The notes below the pieces were generated by a model. That model had not been told where the DNA came from and did no database searches. It worked only from the letters and a program-made list of their open reading frames with translations. This document shows, one piece after another, positions 16,630 through 26,456 of a DNA stretch of 64,000 bases. Every line of letters begins with the position of its first letter. The first letter of the stretch is position 1. The stretch comes from Candidatus Moraniibacteriota bacterium (GTDB lineage: Bacteria > Patescibacteriota > Minisyncoccia > Moranbacterales > GWC2-37-73), in contig JAAXUC010000002.1 in assembly GCA_013336225.1 (NCBI GenBank), positions 74,634 to 138,633 of the forward strand, written 5' to 3'. Made by a program: the position numbers and the translations under genes.

Positions 16630-19431
16630 TTGCTTGTGATGGTAATAAAATCTCTCAAAAATAAAATAACAATTTTCGTGCTGTCAGCCATTTTATTTTT
16701 TGGCTTTTTGGCTGTGGCTTGGGTGGCTGCTTATGGCAATGAATCTTTGGTCGCTCAAAAAAAGAGTGAAACCGTTCTTGCCTTGGTGAGCATGGCTGAT
16801 CATGTTGAGGAATGGATGGATTTGGAACGTTATTCAGTTGAACTTACTGCGCACAACATTGTCCTGGTTGATGCCTTGGAGCAAGGAGAAAATTTGCTGG
16901 AAAATAATAAGTTGAGAATTTTTCTGGAGGAGCAGAAAAGAAAGGTTTCAGCGAAAGACATTGTGGTTCTCGATATAAATGGGAATGTATTGACAGCTAC
17001 CGGTGGGATATATTTCGGTCATAATTTCGGTTATCGGAATTATTTCAAGGATGCGCTGGCAAACGATGTTGCCTCTGAAGTTGTGATTGGTGCAATCAGT
17101 AATGATTCAAACTTTGTTTTCTCTCATCGCGTGGTGAATCGCGAGGGGAAAGCTTTAGGTGTGGCACTGCTCATCACTAAAACTGAAACCGCTATCAAGT
17201 CATTGTTTGGTGAAATGCAAGATGCTGACCAGCACAAACATATGTTGGTGGATGACAATGGAATAGTAGTGGCTTCAAATGACAACGAGATGGCTTTGAA
17301 AAGCATTGGGCAATTGCCATATCAAACTTTGCAAGATATCAATGCGGATAAGCGCTACGGCGACAGAGAAATCCAGTCTTTGCGATATAATAATGTGCTT
17401 GATGCGATTAAGGAAAAAGCGGGAGTCAGTGTATATGATTTTTTTGATAATAATAATGGAAAACAGGAGTTGGTTGGAGTGGCGCCAGTCCATAAATATC
17501 CCTATTCCGTGGTGATGGAGATTCAAGAAGTCGATCTTATTTGGCAGATTGCCAGGGTTTATTATACGCTTGGATTGGCCGTTCTGATTTCTTGTCTTTT
17601 GGCGGCAGTGGTCATCTATTACATGCTTAACAAGTTTCTGTCGCCACTGAAAGAATTGCGCAGAGTGGCTGAAAAAATAAGTAAAAATGAACTTGATTGC
17701 GAACTTTTCTTGAAAACGGGTGATGAGCTTGAGGAACTTAGCACAGCTTTCAATGTGATGATCAAGGGCCTGATGAGGACTAAAGATGACATTGAGAAGA
17801 GAGTTGAATTGCAAACTAGTGACATCAGAAATAAGCAGCTTGCCTTGGAAAATCAGGAAAAAGCTGCCATGAATATTCTGGAAGATATCACGGGAGAGAA
17901 AGAGAAGTCTGAAAAAATGGCCATTGATCTGGAGAAATTCAAACTTGCCATTGAAAACACTAATGATCAGGTTGTAATCACGGACAAGGATGGGGTTATT
18001 GTTTATTCAAACCCTGCCATGACAAAAATTACGGGATATTCAATGGAAGAAGCTATTGGAAAAACGCCTGCGCTTTGGGGAGGACAAATGAGTGATCAAT
18101 ATTATGGGGCTTTTTGGAAAACTATTAAAGAAAAGAATGAGGAATATGAAGGTGAATTGTATAATAAACGTAAAAATGGTTCCACTTTCTTGGCACATAT
18201 TCATGTTGCTCCGATTCTTGGCGATGGCGAGGAGGTTAAGTTCTTCGTGGGAGTCGTGCGTGACATTTCCAAAGAACGTGAATCGCAGCTGCAACTCAAG
18301 AAGGATGCCGAAGACTTGAAATCGGCAAATAGTTTGATTGCAAGCCAAAAGGAACGAGCTGAAAATATTTTGGCTTATTTGCAGTCAATTGGTGATGGCG
18401 TGATTGCAACTGATCTTGAGGGCAAAATCATCTTTTTCAATGAGGCAGCTGAGAAATTGACTGGTGCCACAAATGAAGAGGCTGTTGGAAAAAAATCAAA
18501 CGAAATTGTTTTTATTGCCGAAGAAAAGAATTCAAAAGTGTTGCAAGATTTGATTGGCGACGCACTTGCTGGCGGACATGTTCGAAAAAAAGTAGGCGAA
18601 CATTACTTGATAAAATCCAAGGAAGACTTGATTATGGCAATATCTTTCAGGCTTTCATTTATTTTTGATAAAAACAATAAGAAGCAAGGTTGCATTCTCG
18701 TGATGCGCGACGTGAGTGAACAAAGAGAAATCGAAAAAACTAAAGATGATTTCCTCTCTGTTGCAGCTCATCAATTAAGAACGCCGCTCACAGGTGTGAG
18801 GTGGTCCTTGGAGATGCTTTTGGATGGAGATTTGGGCGAATTGCCAGAGGCCGCGAAAGAGGCTTTGGATCAAATTTCCAAAAACAATAAGCGCTTGATC
18901 TTGTTGGTGAATGATTTGTTGGATGTTTCCAGAATCAATATGGGCAAATCAAAGGAGGAGCCTATTCCAGTGGATGTTTCTAGTGCATTGCAAGAATCTA
19001 TCAATACCTTGCACAGCTTGGCTGAAGAAAGGGGAATTAATATTGTGTTTGAACAAAAGGCAAAAGAAATTCCGATGATCAATATTGGTCCAAAACATCT
19101 TTTTCAATCTTTTGAAAATCTTCTGTCTAATGCTATAAAATATAGCCCAAATGGTGGAGCCGTTAAAGTTTTATTGGATTTTAAAAAGAATAAAGTTGTT
19201 ATCAATGTTTCTGATAATGGCATTGGAATTCCGAAAGAAGATCAAGAAAAAATCTTTGGCAAGTTTTTTAGAGCTTCAAATGCAGCGCTCAAAGAAACAG
19301 AGGGTTCCGGATTGGGATTGAATGTGGTAAAATCATTTATAGAAGATTTCGGTGGGAATGTTTCTTTTGTGAGCAAGGAAGGCAAAGGAACAACGTTCAC
19401 AATCGAATTACCAACTGATTTTAAGTCGTAA
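16630..19431 (+). CDS. Sensor histidine kinase (Cache-like sensor, HAMP, PAS x2, HisKA, HATPase_c)
   Basis: 933 aa. The H-box is SVAAHQLRTPLTGVRW. N, G1 and G2 boxes are present (LSNAIKYSP, DNGIGIP, GSGLGLNVV). HAMP-like and PAS regions lie between two TM segments and the kinase core. Confidence 0.8.
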   Translation: MLVMVIKSLKNKITIFVLSAILFFGFLAVAWVAAYGNESLVAQKKSETVLALVSMADHVEEWMDLERYSVELTAHNIVLVDALEQGENLLENNKLRIFLEEQKRKVSAKDIVVLDINGNVLTATGGIYFGHNFGYRNYFKDALANDVASEVVIGAISNDSNFVFSHRVVNREGKALGVALLITKTETAIKSLFGEMQDADQHKHMLVDDNGIVVASNDNEMALKSIGQLPYQTLQDINADKRYGDREIQSLRYNNVLDAIKEKAGVSVYDFFDNNNGKQELVGVAPVHKYPYSVVMEIQEVDLIWQIARVYYTLGLAVLISCLLAAVVIYYMLNKFLSPLKELRRVAEKISKNELDCELFLKTGDELEELSTAFNVMIKGLMRTKDDIEKRVELQTSDIRNKQLALENQEKAAMNILEDITGEKEKSEKMAIDLEKFKLAIENTNDQVVITDKDGVIVYSNPAMTKITGYSMEEAIGKTPALWGGQMSDQYYGAFWKTIKEKNEEYEGELYNKRKNGSTFLAHIHVAPILGDGEEVKFFVGVVRDISKERESQLQLKKDAEDLKSANSLIASQKERAENILAYLQSIGDGVIATDLEGKIIFFNEAAEKLTGATNEEAVGKKSNEIVFIAEEKNSKVLQDLIGDALAGGHVRKKVGEHYLIKSKEDLIMAISFRLSFIFDKNNKKQGCILVMRDVSEQREIEKTKDDFLSVAAHQLRTPLTGVRWSLEMLLDGDLGELPEAAKEALDQISKNNKRLILLVNDLLDVSRINMGKSKEEPIPVDVSSALQESINTLHSLAEERGINIVFEQKAKEIPMINIGPKHLFQSFENLLSNAIKYSPNGGAVKVLLDFKKNKVVINVSDNGIGIPKEDQEKIFGKFFRASNAALKETEGSGLGLNVVKSFIEDFGGNVSFVSKEGKGTTFTIELPTDFKS

Positions 19432-19448
19432 TAACTGTTGATACTATT

Positions 19449-19838
19449 ATGGAGAACAAATGCGAAGGACGAAAAGTGCTGGTAGCTGAAGACGATGTTT
19501 TTCTGTCTAATGTCTATAAGAGTAAATTGACCAAGGAGGGGTTTGAGGTTTTTATCGCCAAAAACGGGGAAGAAGCTGTTGAAATGGCCACAAAAAATAA
19601 ACCAGAGATCATTTTGCTGGATCTTATCATGCCGATTAAGAATGGTTTTGAAACATTGAAAGAATTGAAAGAATCAGCTGAAACTAAAGATATTAAGGTG
19701 GTTATCCTTTCAAATTTGAGTCAGGAAGAGGATGAGAAGAAGTTGTTGGCCATGGGTGCTATCGGTTATGTAGTAAAGGCCAATGTTTCTTTTCGCGAAA
19801 TCATTGAATTGGTCAAGCAGCATCTTGGTATTGAATAA
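19449..19838 (+). CDS. Response regulator, receiver domain only (CheY-like)
   Basis: 129 aa: KVLVAEDD...ILLDLIMP...K. No output domain. Confidence 0.8.
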   Translation: MENKCEGRKVLVAEDDVFLSNVYKSKLTKEGFEVFIAKNGEEAVEMATKNKPEIILLDLIMPIKNGFETLKELKESAETKDIKVVILSNLSQEEDEKKLLAMGAIGYVVKANVSFREIIELVKQHLGIE

Positions 19839-19852
19839 TTTAGGGTAAAAAT

Positions 19853-21556
19853 ATGAAATATTTGGCTTTCACAAATCAAGATATTGAAAAAATTCTTGGT
19901 GAGTCTGGCGTGGTTGATGAGGCAAAGGTTGCCAAAGCAGTGGCTAGTGCCAAGCTGGAAAATAGCTCACTTGCAGATGTCGCTGTCAATCAGGGGCTTG
20001 TTACTAATGAAGAATTGTCCAGATTGGTGGCGGATGCACTGGATATGCCATTTATGTCACTTGCTGGAAAACTTCCAACCAAAGAGACTTTGGCACTTAT
20101 TCCTGAATTAGTGGCCCGCAAGAAGCGCGTGGTGCCTTTTAGGTTGGATGAAAAGGGATTACATGTTGCAATGGCGGATCCCACTGATCTTGAAACACTC
20201 AATTTCATTGCTCGCAGGGAGGGCATGCATGCCATTGCCTATGCCACCACTGATCAAGATATTGATACTGTCCTGGAGCTGTATGGCGAAGGGTTGAACA
20301 ATTTGTTGGAAATAAAATCTGAAAAGTCTGGAAAAGTTGCTGGCAGCGAGGATGATTCTTCCATTATTCAGATTGTGAAAAAAGTTATTGTGGAGGCGTA
20401 TCGCAATCGCGCCTCTGATATTCATATTGAACCGCGCGAAGAAAGCGACAGTGTGATCAGATTTCGTATTGATGGAATTTTGCATGACGTCACCTTGATT
20501 CCAATGGAATTGCATGCCCAAATCATTTCGCGCATCAAAGTGATGGCAAAGTTGCGAACTGATGAACATCAAACTCCACAGGATGGAAAAATTTCTTTCA
20601 AGCTGGAGGATGACAATTCTGAAATGGATTTGCGTGTTTCAATCGTGCCGGTGACAGAAGGAGAAAAAGCAGTGCTGCGTCTTTTGGCTGAACGTTCTCG
20701 TCAATTTTCATTGGCTGGCATTGGCCTTAGTGAAAATAATCTGAAAAAAATTCAAGAGGCTTATGAAAAACCATATGGCATGGTTTTGTCGACTGGACCG
20801 ACTGGTTGTGGAAAAACCACAACATTGTATGCCATTTTGAAACTTTTGAATAAACGGCACGTGAACATCATGACCATTGAAGATCCGGTGGAATATGACA
20901 TTGATGGAGTGAGCCAAATTCAAGTCAATCCCAAAGCAAAGCTTACTTTTGCCTCAGGTTTGCGCAGCATTTTGCGTCAAGATCCGAACATCATTTTGGT
21001 GGGAGAAATTCGTGATCAAGAAACGGCTGGCATTGCAATCAATTTGGCGCTTACGGGACATCTGGTTTTATCAACCTTGCATACTAATGACAGCGCCACG
21101 GCCATTCCACGTTTCATTGATTTGGAAGTGGAACCATTTCTGATTGCTTCGACTGTCAGTGTCATCATCGCGCAACGTTTGGTGCGTAAAATCCATGATG
21201 GCTGCAAAGTGAGCGAGGAATTTAAAGCGGCTGACATCGCCAAGAAAATTGGTTGGGAGCTTACTGAAAAAATGTTTGGTGTCAAAAAATCCAATCCGGA
21301 TGGTACTGTGCGACTGTATCAAGGCAAAGGTTGTGAAGCTTGTCAGGGAACAGGTTTTCAGGGCAGAATCGGAATTTTTGAAGTGATGGTCATGGATGAT
21401 CAAATGCGACAAGCAATTTCTCAAAACAAAGATGCGGGCTTTTTGGAGGAGTTGGCGAAAAAGTCAGGCATGATTGGTCTCTTGGAAGATGGCTTGGGAA
21501 AAGTTAACATGGGAATTACAACTATTGATGAGATTTTGGGTGCCACGAAATTATAG
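19853..21556 (+). CDS. pilB: Type IV pilus assembly ATPase PilB/GspE family (locus 1)
   Basis: 567 aa with an N-terminal GspII_E-like domain. Walker A is GPTGCGKTT. The ATPase core begins ASDIHIEP and a tetracysteine motif follows (C...C...CEACQGTGFQGR). Confidence 0.85.
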   Translation: MKYLAFTNQDIEKILGESGVVDEAKVAKAVASAKLENSSLADVAVNQGLVTNEELSRLVADALDMPFMSLAGKLPTKETLALIPELVARKKRVVPFRLDEKGLHVAMADPTDLETLNFIARREGMHAIAYATTDQDIDTVLELYGEGLNNLLEIKSEKSGKVAGSEDDSSIIQIVKKVIVEAYRNRASDIHIEPREESDSVIRFRIDGILHDVTLIPMELHAQIISRIKVMAKLRTDEHQTPQDGKISFKLEDDNSEMDLRVSIVPVTEGEKAVLRLLAERSRQFSLAGIGLSENNLKKIQEAYEKPYGMVLSTGPTGCGKTTTLYAILKLLNKRHVNIMTIEDPVEYDIDGVSQIQVNPKAKLTFASGLRSILRQDPNIILVGEIRDQETAGIAINLALTGHLVLSTLHTNDSATAIPRFIDLEVEPFLIASTVSVIIAQRLVRKIHDGCKVSEEFKAADIAKKIGWELTEKMFGVKKSNPDGTVRLYQGKGCEACQGTGFQGRIGIFEVMVMDDQMRQAISQNKDAGFLEELAKKSGMIGLLEDGLGKVNMGITTIDEILGATKL

Positions 21557-21593
21557 ATATATATAAAAAACAAGAGCTATGCTAGATTAGGTG

Positions 21594-21725
21594 CTTTTGA
21601 TTTCTTATTTCCTTTTTTAGGAACATTTTTGACTGAAATTCATAGTCAAAAAACTTACTCGCTCTCGCTGCGTAGGTCCTAAAAAGAAAATAAGCAAATC
21701 AAAAGGTGAGTTAATTTTTGAAATC
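21594..21725 (+). repeat. Family B structured repeat, copy 1 (intergenic pilB-pilC)
   Basis: Outer arms TTTGATTTCTTATTTCCTTTTTTAGGAAC and GTAGGTCCTAAAAAGAAAATAAGCAAATCAAAA are complementary. The inner hairpin is TTTTTGACTGAAATTCATAGTCAAAAA. The core is CTCGCTCTCGCTGC. Homologous to 24344-24474 and 30273-30416. Confidence 0.7.
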
Positions 21726-21730
21726 ATATA

Positions 21731-22816
21731 TTGCCCATAATCAAAAAAATAAATATGAAAATATTCTCAGGACTCTCATACTTAGAAAAACTTTTTTTCA
21801 TCAAGCATCTTTCGATGTTTTTGAAATCAGGCATTCCGCTGGATGAAGCACTTGAAACATTGGCTGAAGGTGAGCAGAAAAGTTCTATTAGCAAAGTCGC
21901 GTTGTCAGTCAGGGCTCAGATTCAAAATGGGCAGCCACTGCATAAGGCTTTTGCCAAGGAATCCAGTTCATTTGATCTATTTTTCATTTCCATGGTGGAA
22001 ATTGGAGAAGTGTCTGGCACGCTGGAAAAAAGTTTGGATTTTTTGGTGGCCAAAATCACCAGAGAGGCGACGCTGCGAAAAAAAATTCAAGCCATGCTAT
22101 ATTATCCAGCTGTGGTGGTTGGCGCTGCAATCGTGATTGGAGGTTTTGTGAGTTTTTTCGTGTTGCCAAAATTGGGGGACATGTTCAAATCGTTTGATGT
22201 GCAATTGCCTCTTATAACCAGGATATTATTGGCTTTTGCTAATTGGGTGAAAGATTATGGTGCAATTGCGATGATATCTTTCATTGCGTTGCTGATTGTT
22301 TTTCGTGTGCTTATCGCTGCTTGGACGCGTCTGCGATTTTTTTGGCATAAAATCAAATTCAACCTGCCCATTACAGGCAAAGTCATCTTGGGCTCAGAGC
22401 TTTCGGCATTTTTTCGAAACATTGGAATCATGCTTTCCAGTGGACTTTCTTTGGAATATGCACTTGCCACTGAATCTAAAATTTCAGACAACCTTGTCAT
22501 GAAAAAAGTGGCAGCTGATTTGCACATGGCGGTGACTCAGGGGCGGCGCATGGGGGAAGAGTTGAAAAGTGAAAACAACACGATTTTCCCTCAGCTTTGC
22601 GCAAGAATGATTACGGTGGGTGAGATGTCTGGAAAACTGGAAGAATCATGCATGTATTTGGCTGATTATTTTGAAGATGAAACTGAGGTGCAAGCAAAAA
22701 ACATGGCTGCAATTTTGGAGCCAGCCTTGCTTTTAGGCATCGGAGCGATCGTGGCTTTCATCGCAATGGCTGTTATTTTGCCTATCTATTCTTTGACTGG
22801 TTCCATTCGTCGCTAA
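21731..22816 (+). CDS. pilC: Type IV pilus platform protein PilC/GspF family (locus 1)
   Basis: 361 aa with two GspF-like repeats and 3-4 TM helices. It sits immediately downstream of pilB. Confidence 0.75.
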   Translation: MPIIKKINMKIFSGLSYLEKLFFIKHLSMFLKSGIPLDEALETLAEGEQKSSISKVALSVRAQIQNGQPLHKAFAKESSSFDLFFISMVEIGEVSGTLEKSLDFLVAKITREATLRKKIQAMLYYPAVVVGAAIVIGGFVSFFVLPKLGDMFKSFDVQLPLITRILLAFANWVKDYGAIAMISFIALLIVFRVLIAAWTRLRFFWHKIKFNLPITGKVILGSELSAFFRNIGIMLSSGLSLEYALATESKISDNLVMKKVAADLHMAVTQGRRMGEELKSENNTIFPQLCARMITVGEMSGKLEESCMYLADYFEDETEVQAKNMAAILEPALLLGIGAIVAFIAMAVILPIYSLTGSIRR

Positions 22817-22834
22817 GATGTTGAAAAAAGTTAA

Positions 22835-23290
22835 ATGTCAAAAGTTAAATGTCAAATATTGCATAAGCAGGGATTTACTTTAATCGAATTACTTTTGGTG
22901 ATTGCGCTTGTTTTGATCGTGAGTGTTCCAACCGCTGCTTTTTCCACGCATTTCATTTATCAAATGTCTGTGCGCGATGCCTCTGAAGGTTTGGTTGGAA
23001 TGCTGCAAGAAGCGCAAGCACTTTCAATGCTGGGCAAAGAGAATTCAGCTTGGGGCGTGAAAAAGCAATCAGGAAAATTGATTCTTTTTCGGGGAGAAGA
23101 TTTTTCAAATCGCGATCAAGCATTTGATCAAGCGTTGAGCATAAATTCGCATGTGAATATGATAGGTTTTGATGAAATGAGTTTCTCGCGCTATGGAGGA
23201 TTTCCTTTGCAGCCAACTGGCTCAATTGTTGTGGCTTGGGGGAATGTGAACGAAATATTTAAATTAAATTCGGAAGGAGTTTTTGAATAA
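22835..23290 (+). CDS. Prepilin-type minor pilin (pseudopilin)
   Basis: ...HKQG then FTLIELLLVIALVLIV: a class III signal with G/F cleavage and Glu+5. Confidence 0.7.
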   Translation: MSKVKCQILHKQGFTLIELLLVIALVLIVSVPTAAFSTHFIYQMSVRDASEGLVGMLQEAQALSMLGKENSAWGVKKQSGKLILFRGEDFSNRDQAFDQALSINSHVNMIGFDEMSFSRYGGFPLQPTGSIVVAWGNVNEIFKLNSEGVFE

Positions 23291-23298
23291 TTATCAGC

Positions 23299-23769
23299 AT
23301 GAAAAAAGGAATATCACAAAAGCGAGGTTTTTCGGTGCTAGAAGTCATTTTAGCAGTGGCACTTTTTTCCATTTTTTCCACTACTGCTGTTTCCTTTGTG
23401 CTTGAATCGATGCAAGTGCAAGCTCAAGCCAGTCAATTTGAAAATGCCTCACTGTATGCCGAGGATGGCTTGGAAAAAATAAGAGCAGTGCGAGATGTTT
23501 CATTTGATGAATTGGTGGATGGGTCTGAATATGGATTGAACTTCAATGCTGGTAAGTGGGAATTGAAAAATGGCAGTGATGAATCTGAAATATACAAAAG
23601 AATCATCACAATCGAAACAGCCAAAAGAGACGGTGAGCTGAATATTGTTTCGGAAGACGGAGCAGATGATTTGAATATGAAAAAAATAATAGTAGATGTT
23701 TCCTGGAAAAATGCCACGGGCGAAAATGTTTCAACTCAGCTAGTGACTTATCTTTCTCGTTGGAAGTAA
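23299..23769 (+). CDS. Prepilin-type minor pilin (pseudopilin)
   Basis: MKKGISQKRG then FSVLEVILAVALFSIF: a class III signal. Confidence 0.7.
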   Translation: MKKGISQKRGFSVLEVILAVALFSIFSTTAVSFVLESMQVQAQASQFENASLYAEDGLEKIRAVRDVSFDELVDGSEYGLNFNAGKWELKNGSDESEIYKRIITIETAKRDGELNIVSEDGADDLNMKKIIVDVSWKNATGENVSTQLVTYLSRWK

Positions 23770-24293
23770 AAAATATGACAAATAAAACAAAAAAGGGCTT
23801 TACCTTCATTGAAACTATATTATATATAGCAATTTCGTCAGTTGTGGTTGGCGTGCTTTTTGCCTATGGTTGGAATATGGTCAGCGCGCGCACTAAAGCT
23901 GCCACCATGCGAGACACTGCTGCAAATGCCAGGCTCATCATGTTGCGCCTCAACAATGAAATTCGCATGGCAACTGATATTGATAAAAATAATTCTGTTT
24001 TTGAGGGCGAAAATGGAAAAATATCGCTGACCACTCCTCAAGGAAAGATCATGATCGAATCAATTGGAGATAGGATTTCCATTGCCAGAGGGGAAAATTC
24101 CCCGCAATTTCTTTCCGGAGAAAATGTGCGCGTGAGAAATTTTCAATTATCCAAACAAGAAAATGACGCTGGGAAAGTTCAATATGTGGGATTTTCTTTC
24201 ACAGTGGAAGCCTATTATCCTGAAGCGCTTAACAGTTATGAATACAATTATTCATTGCCAATTAATTCGGGAGCGGAGGTGAGAAGTCAGTAA
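23760..24293 (+). CDS. Prepilin-type minor pilin (pseudopilin)
   Basis: ...NKTKKG then FTFIETILYIAISSVVVG: a class III signal. The start is probably the ATG at 23775. Confidence 0.7.
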   Translation: MEVKNMTNKTKKGFTFIETILYIAISSVVVGVLFAYGWNMVSARTKAATMRDTAANARLIMLRLNNEIRMATDIDKNNSVFEGENGKISLTTPQGKIMIESIGDRISIARGENSPQFLSGENVRVRNFQLSKQENDAGKVQYVGFSFTVEAYYPEALNSYEYNYSLPINSGAEVRSQ

Positions 24294-24343
24294 AATTAAA
24301 TTATGTATGCATATAAAGGATGCATTGTTCCGTCATTAAGTAT

Positions 24344-24474
24344 TTTGCTTTGCTTATTTCCTTTTTTGACACATTTTTGACTGAAAATCATAGTCAAAAA
24401 ACTGATTCGCTCTCGCTGCATAGGGTCTAAAAAGAAAATAAGCAAAGCAAAATGGTGTGGATTAATTTTTGAAA
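24344..24474 (+). repeat. Family B structured repeat, copy 2 (between minor-pilin genes)
   Basis: Same arm/hairpin/core arrangement as 21594-21725, with scattered substitutions. Confidence 0.7.
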
Positions 24475-24488
24475 GCGCATGTTGCAAT

Positions 24489-24905
24489 ATGATCATATAT
24501 GAATCAGAAAATAAAAAAGGTTACGTGGTTATTTCAACAGTCTTGATCTTGCTTTTTGTTACCTTGGGAATCGCTGCCACGCTTTCATTTCTTTCAATTG
24601 GAAGCTCAAAAGTTTCGCAGTCTTTTGGCGAAGGGCGGCAAGCGTTGTTTCTTTCTGAATCTTGCCTGGAGGAAGGATTGTTGCGACTCAAAACTGACGT
24701 TGCCTATGCTGGCGGAACAATCAATTTTCCTGAAGAAAAAGTGTGTCATCTCAACATCACGAATGATGGCCAAATATATACGATGCAAGCCTACATGCTA
24801 GGGCAAAAAAAATATGTACGTTCTCTTGAGGTACATGTGAATATTGTTGATGGCATTTTGCAAATAATAAGTTGGGAAGAGAAACCTTTTGTGATAGAAT
24901 ATTAA
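24489..24905 (+). CDS. PilX-like minor pilin (PilX_N-type hydrophobic N-terminus)
   Basis: KKGYVVISTVLILLFVTLGIAATLSFLSIG...RQALFLSESCLEEGLLRL resembles the PilX N-terminal domain pattern. 138 aa. Confidence 0.5.
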   Translation: MIIYESENKKGYVVISTVLILLFVTLGIAATLSFLSIGSSKVSQSFGEGRQALFLSESCLEEGLLRLKTDVAYAGGTINFPEEKVCHLNITNDGQIYTMQAYMLGQKKYVRSLEVHVNIVDGILQIISWEEKPFVIEY

Positions 24906-24906
24906 T

Positions 24907-26268
24907 ATGTTTTTTCGCCATCACATCACTACCATCTTTGTAACTCGCGGCAAGATCACTTCCGCTGTTTTTTCGACTGGTGGAAAAAACATCAAAGCAG
25001 CGGCTGTGTATGATTGGAACGAGGAAAATCTCGCCCTTGTTCTTGCTGACATTGCAGCGCATGGTCCAAATGTGGTCAGGGTTGTTTTTGGAGAAGAATT
25101 CTCCTATGTTACCACACTTGATTCTTCCAAGGGTGATAGAGGAAGCATTTTGGAAAAGGCGCGCGAAGCGATTCCTGAGGAGCTGGGGGATAATTGGGAT
25201 TTTCGCAAAGAAAAGGATCAGCTCTTTTCCTCACAAGTGATTGCCGTTCAAGCTCAGCTGCTGAACATGTTTATTGAAAAATTGAAAGAAGCCGGCTTGC
25301 GCGTGGAAGCCATGGAGCCTCAATCAGTGGCAATTGCTCGCTTGCTTCCAAAAACTGGCTTGTTTCTTTTTGCCGTGAATGACGAGAAGTTTTTGATGGG
25401 GGCAGTGAGAAATGGCACAGTCATTGGAACTTTTGTGGCTGCAAAAAGCGATGACGCTTCAATGTTGGCGGGCTTTGTTGCTTCAGTGCGAAAAAAATGC
25501 AAAGAAGAACTTAGCACAGTCTTGATCGATAAATATATGCAAGTTGGGGACGATGTTTTTTTGGCCAATGGCTTGCAGCCTGAAATCATGGAGCTTGACC
25601 CCCTGTATTCAATTGCAGTAAAGAAACATCTTGTTGGTAGTGATTCACATGTCTTGAATATTTTGCCAGTTGATAAGAAAATTCTCAAGAAGCAGGCAAC
25701 AGAAAAATATTTATCAAAAATTGAAAACACTGCAACAGTGCAAGCTCCTGCTCGCTTTTCATTGCGCGAAAAAATATTGGCAATCTTTTTTGTTATAGGT
25801 CTTGTCGCAAGCGGATTCGTGTTGCTTAAAAAAATGCCACCCAAGAAACAAAGCATCTCATTGATTGCAACAGAAAAAAAGCAAGAAGTTGCCATGCAAA
25901 ATGATGTTATTCAAAATCCTTCAGCAACTGTGGAACAGCAAGCTTCTGCCGAAAAGGTTGTGCAAGATGTCGTTTCAACAAAAAGGCCTCAAGATTTGCA
26001 AATTTTGATTCTAAACGGCGGCGCAGCTGTTGGTAGCGCAGCAAAAGTTAAGGATATTTTGGTAGCCAAGAAGTATGTGAATATTGACGCTCAAAATGCG
26101 GAAAATAAGGATAATGTTGGAGTTGTCCTGTATTATCAAGCACAAAATGTGGAAAATATGGCTCAAATAAAAGCAGATTTACAAAAAACATATCCTAAAA
26201 TAGTAGCCAAGGAGGCGTCCTCAGCTGAGGAAAAATCTTCGGAAATCGTCATTATATTGGGGAAATAG
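24907..26268 (+). CDS. PilM-like actin-fold domain, TM helix, C-terminal LytR_C domain fusion protein
   Basis: The N-terminal ~280 aa resemble PilM (…SQVIAVQAQLLNMFIEKLKEAGLRVEAMEPQSVAIARLL…). A TM helix ILAIFFVIGLVASGFVLL follows. The C-terminus LQILILNGGAAVGSAAKVKDIL...VGVVLYY...IVIILGK matches LytR_C. Confidence 0.55.
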   Translation: MFFRHHITTIFVTRGKITSAVFSTGGKNIKAAAVYDWNEENLALVLADIAAHGPNVVRVVFGEEFSYVTTLDSSKGDRGSILEKAREAIPEELGDNWDFRKEKDQLFSSQVIAVQAQLLNMFIEKLKEAGLRVEAMEPQSVAIARLLPKTGLFLFAVNDEKFLMGAVRNGTVIGTFVAAKSDDASMLAGFVASVRKKCKEELSTVLIDKYMQVGDDVFLANGLQPEIMELDPLYSIAVKKHLVGSDSHVLNILPVDKKILKKQATEKYLSKIENTATVQAPARFSLREKILAIFFVIGLVASGFVLLKKMPPKKQSISLIATEKKQEVAMQNDVIQNPSATVEQQASAEKVVQDVVSTKRPQDLQILILNGGAAVGSAAKVKDILVAKKYVNIDAQNAENKDNVGVVLYYQAQNVENMAQIKADLQKTYPKIVAKEASSAEEKSSEIVIILGK

Positions 26269-26381
26269 GGCTTCAAAGATAGTGGCCGGAATCTTTTTTG
26301 TGCCATTTGCAGGCACAATATGGCTCAATATTGACTATAACAGCAAAATCGTTTAAGATAGGTATTAGTTGAGAAATTCCA

Positions 26382-26453
26382 CGGGGCGTGGTGTCAACGG
26401 TAGCACGAGTGATTTGGGATCATTTAGACAGGGTTCGAATCCCTGCGCCCCGA
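26382..26453 (+). tRNA. tRNA-Pro (anticodon TGG)
   Basis: Cloverleaf fold: acceptor CGGGGCG/CGCCCCG, D-stem GTGT/GCAC, anticodon stem AGTGA/TCATT with loop TTTGGGA, T-arm CAGGG-TTCGAAT-CCCTG, discriminator A. CCA is not encoded. Confidence 0.85.
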
Positions 26454-26456
26454 CAT

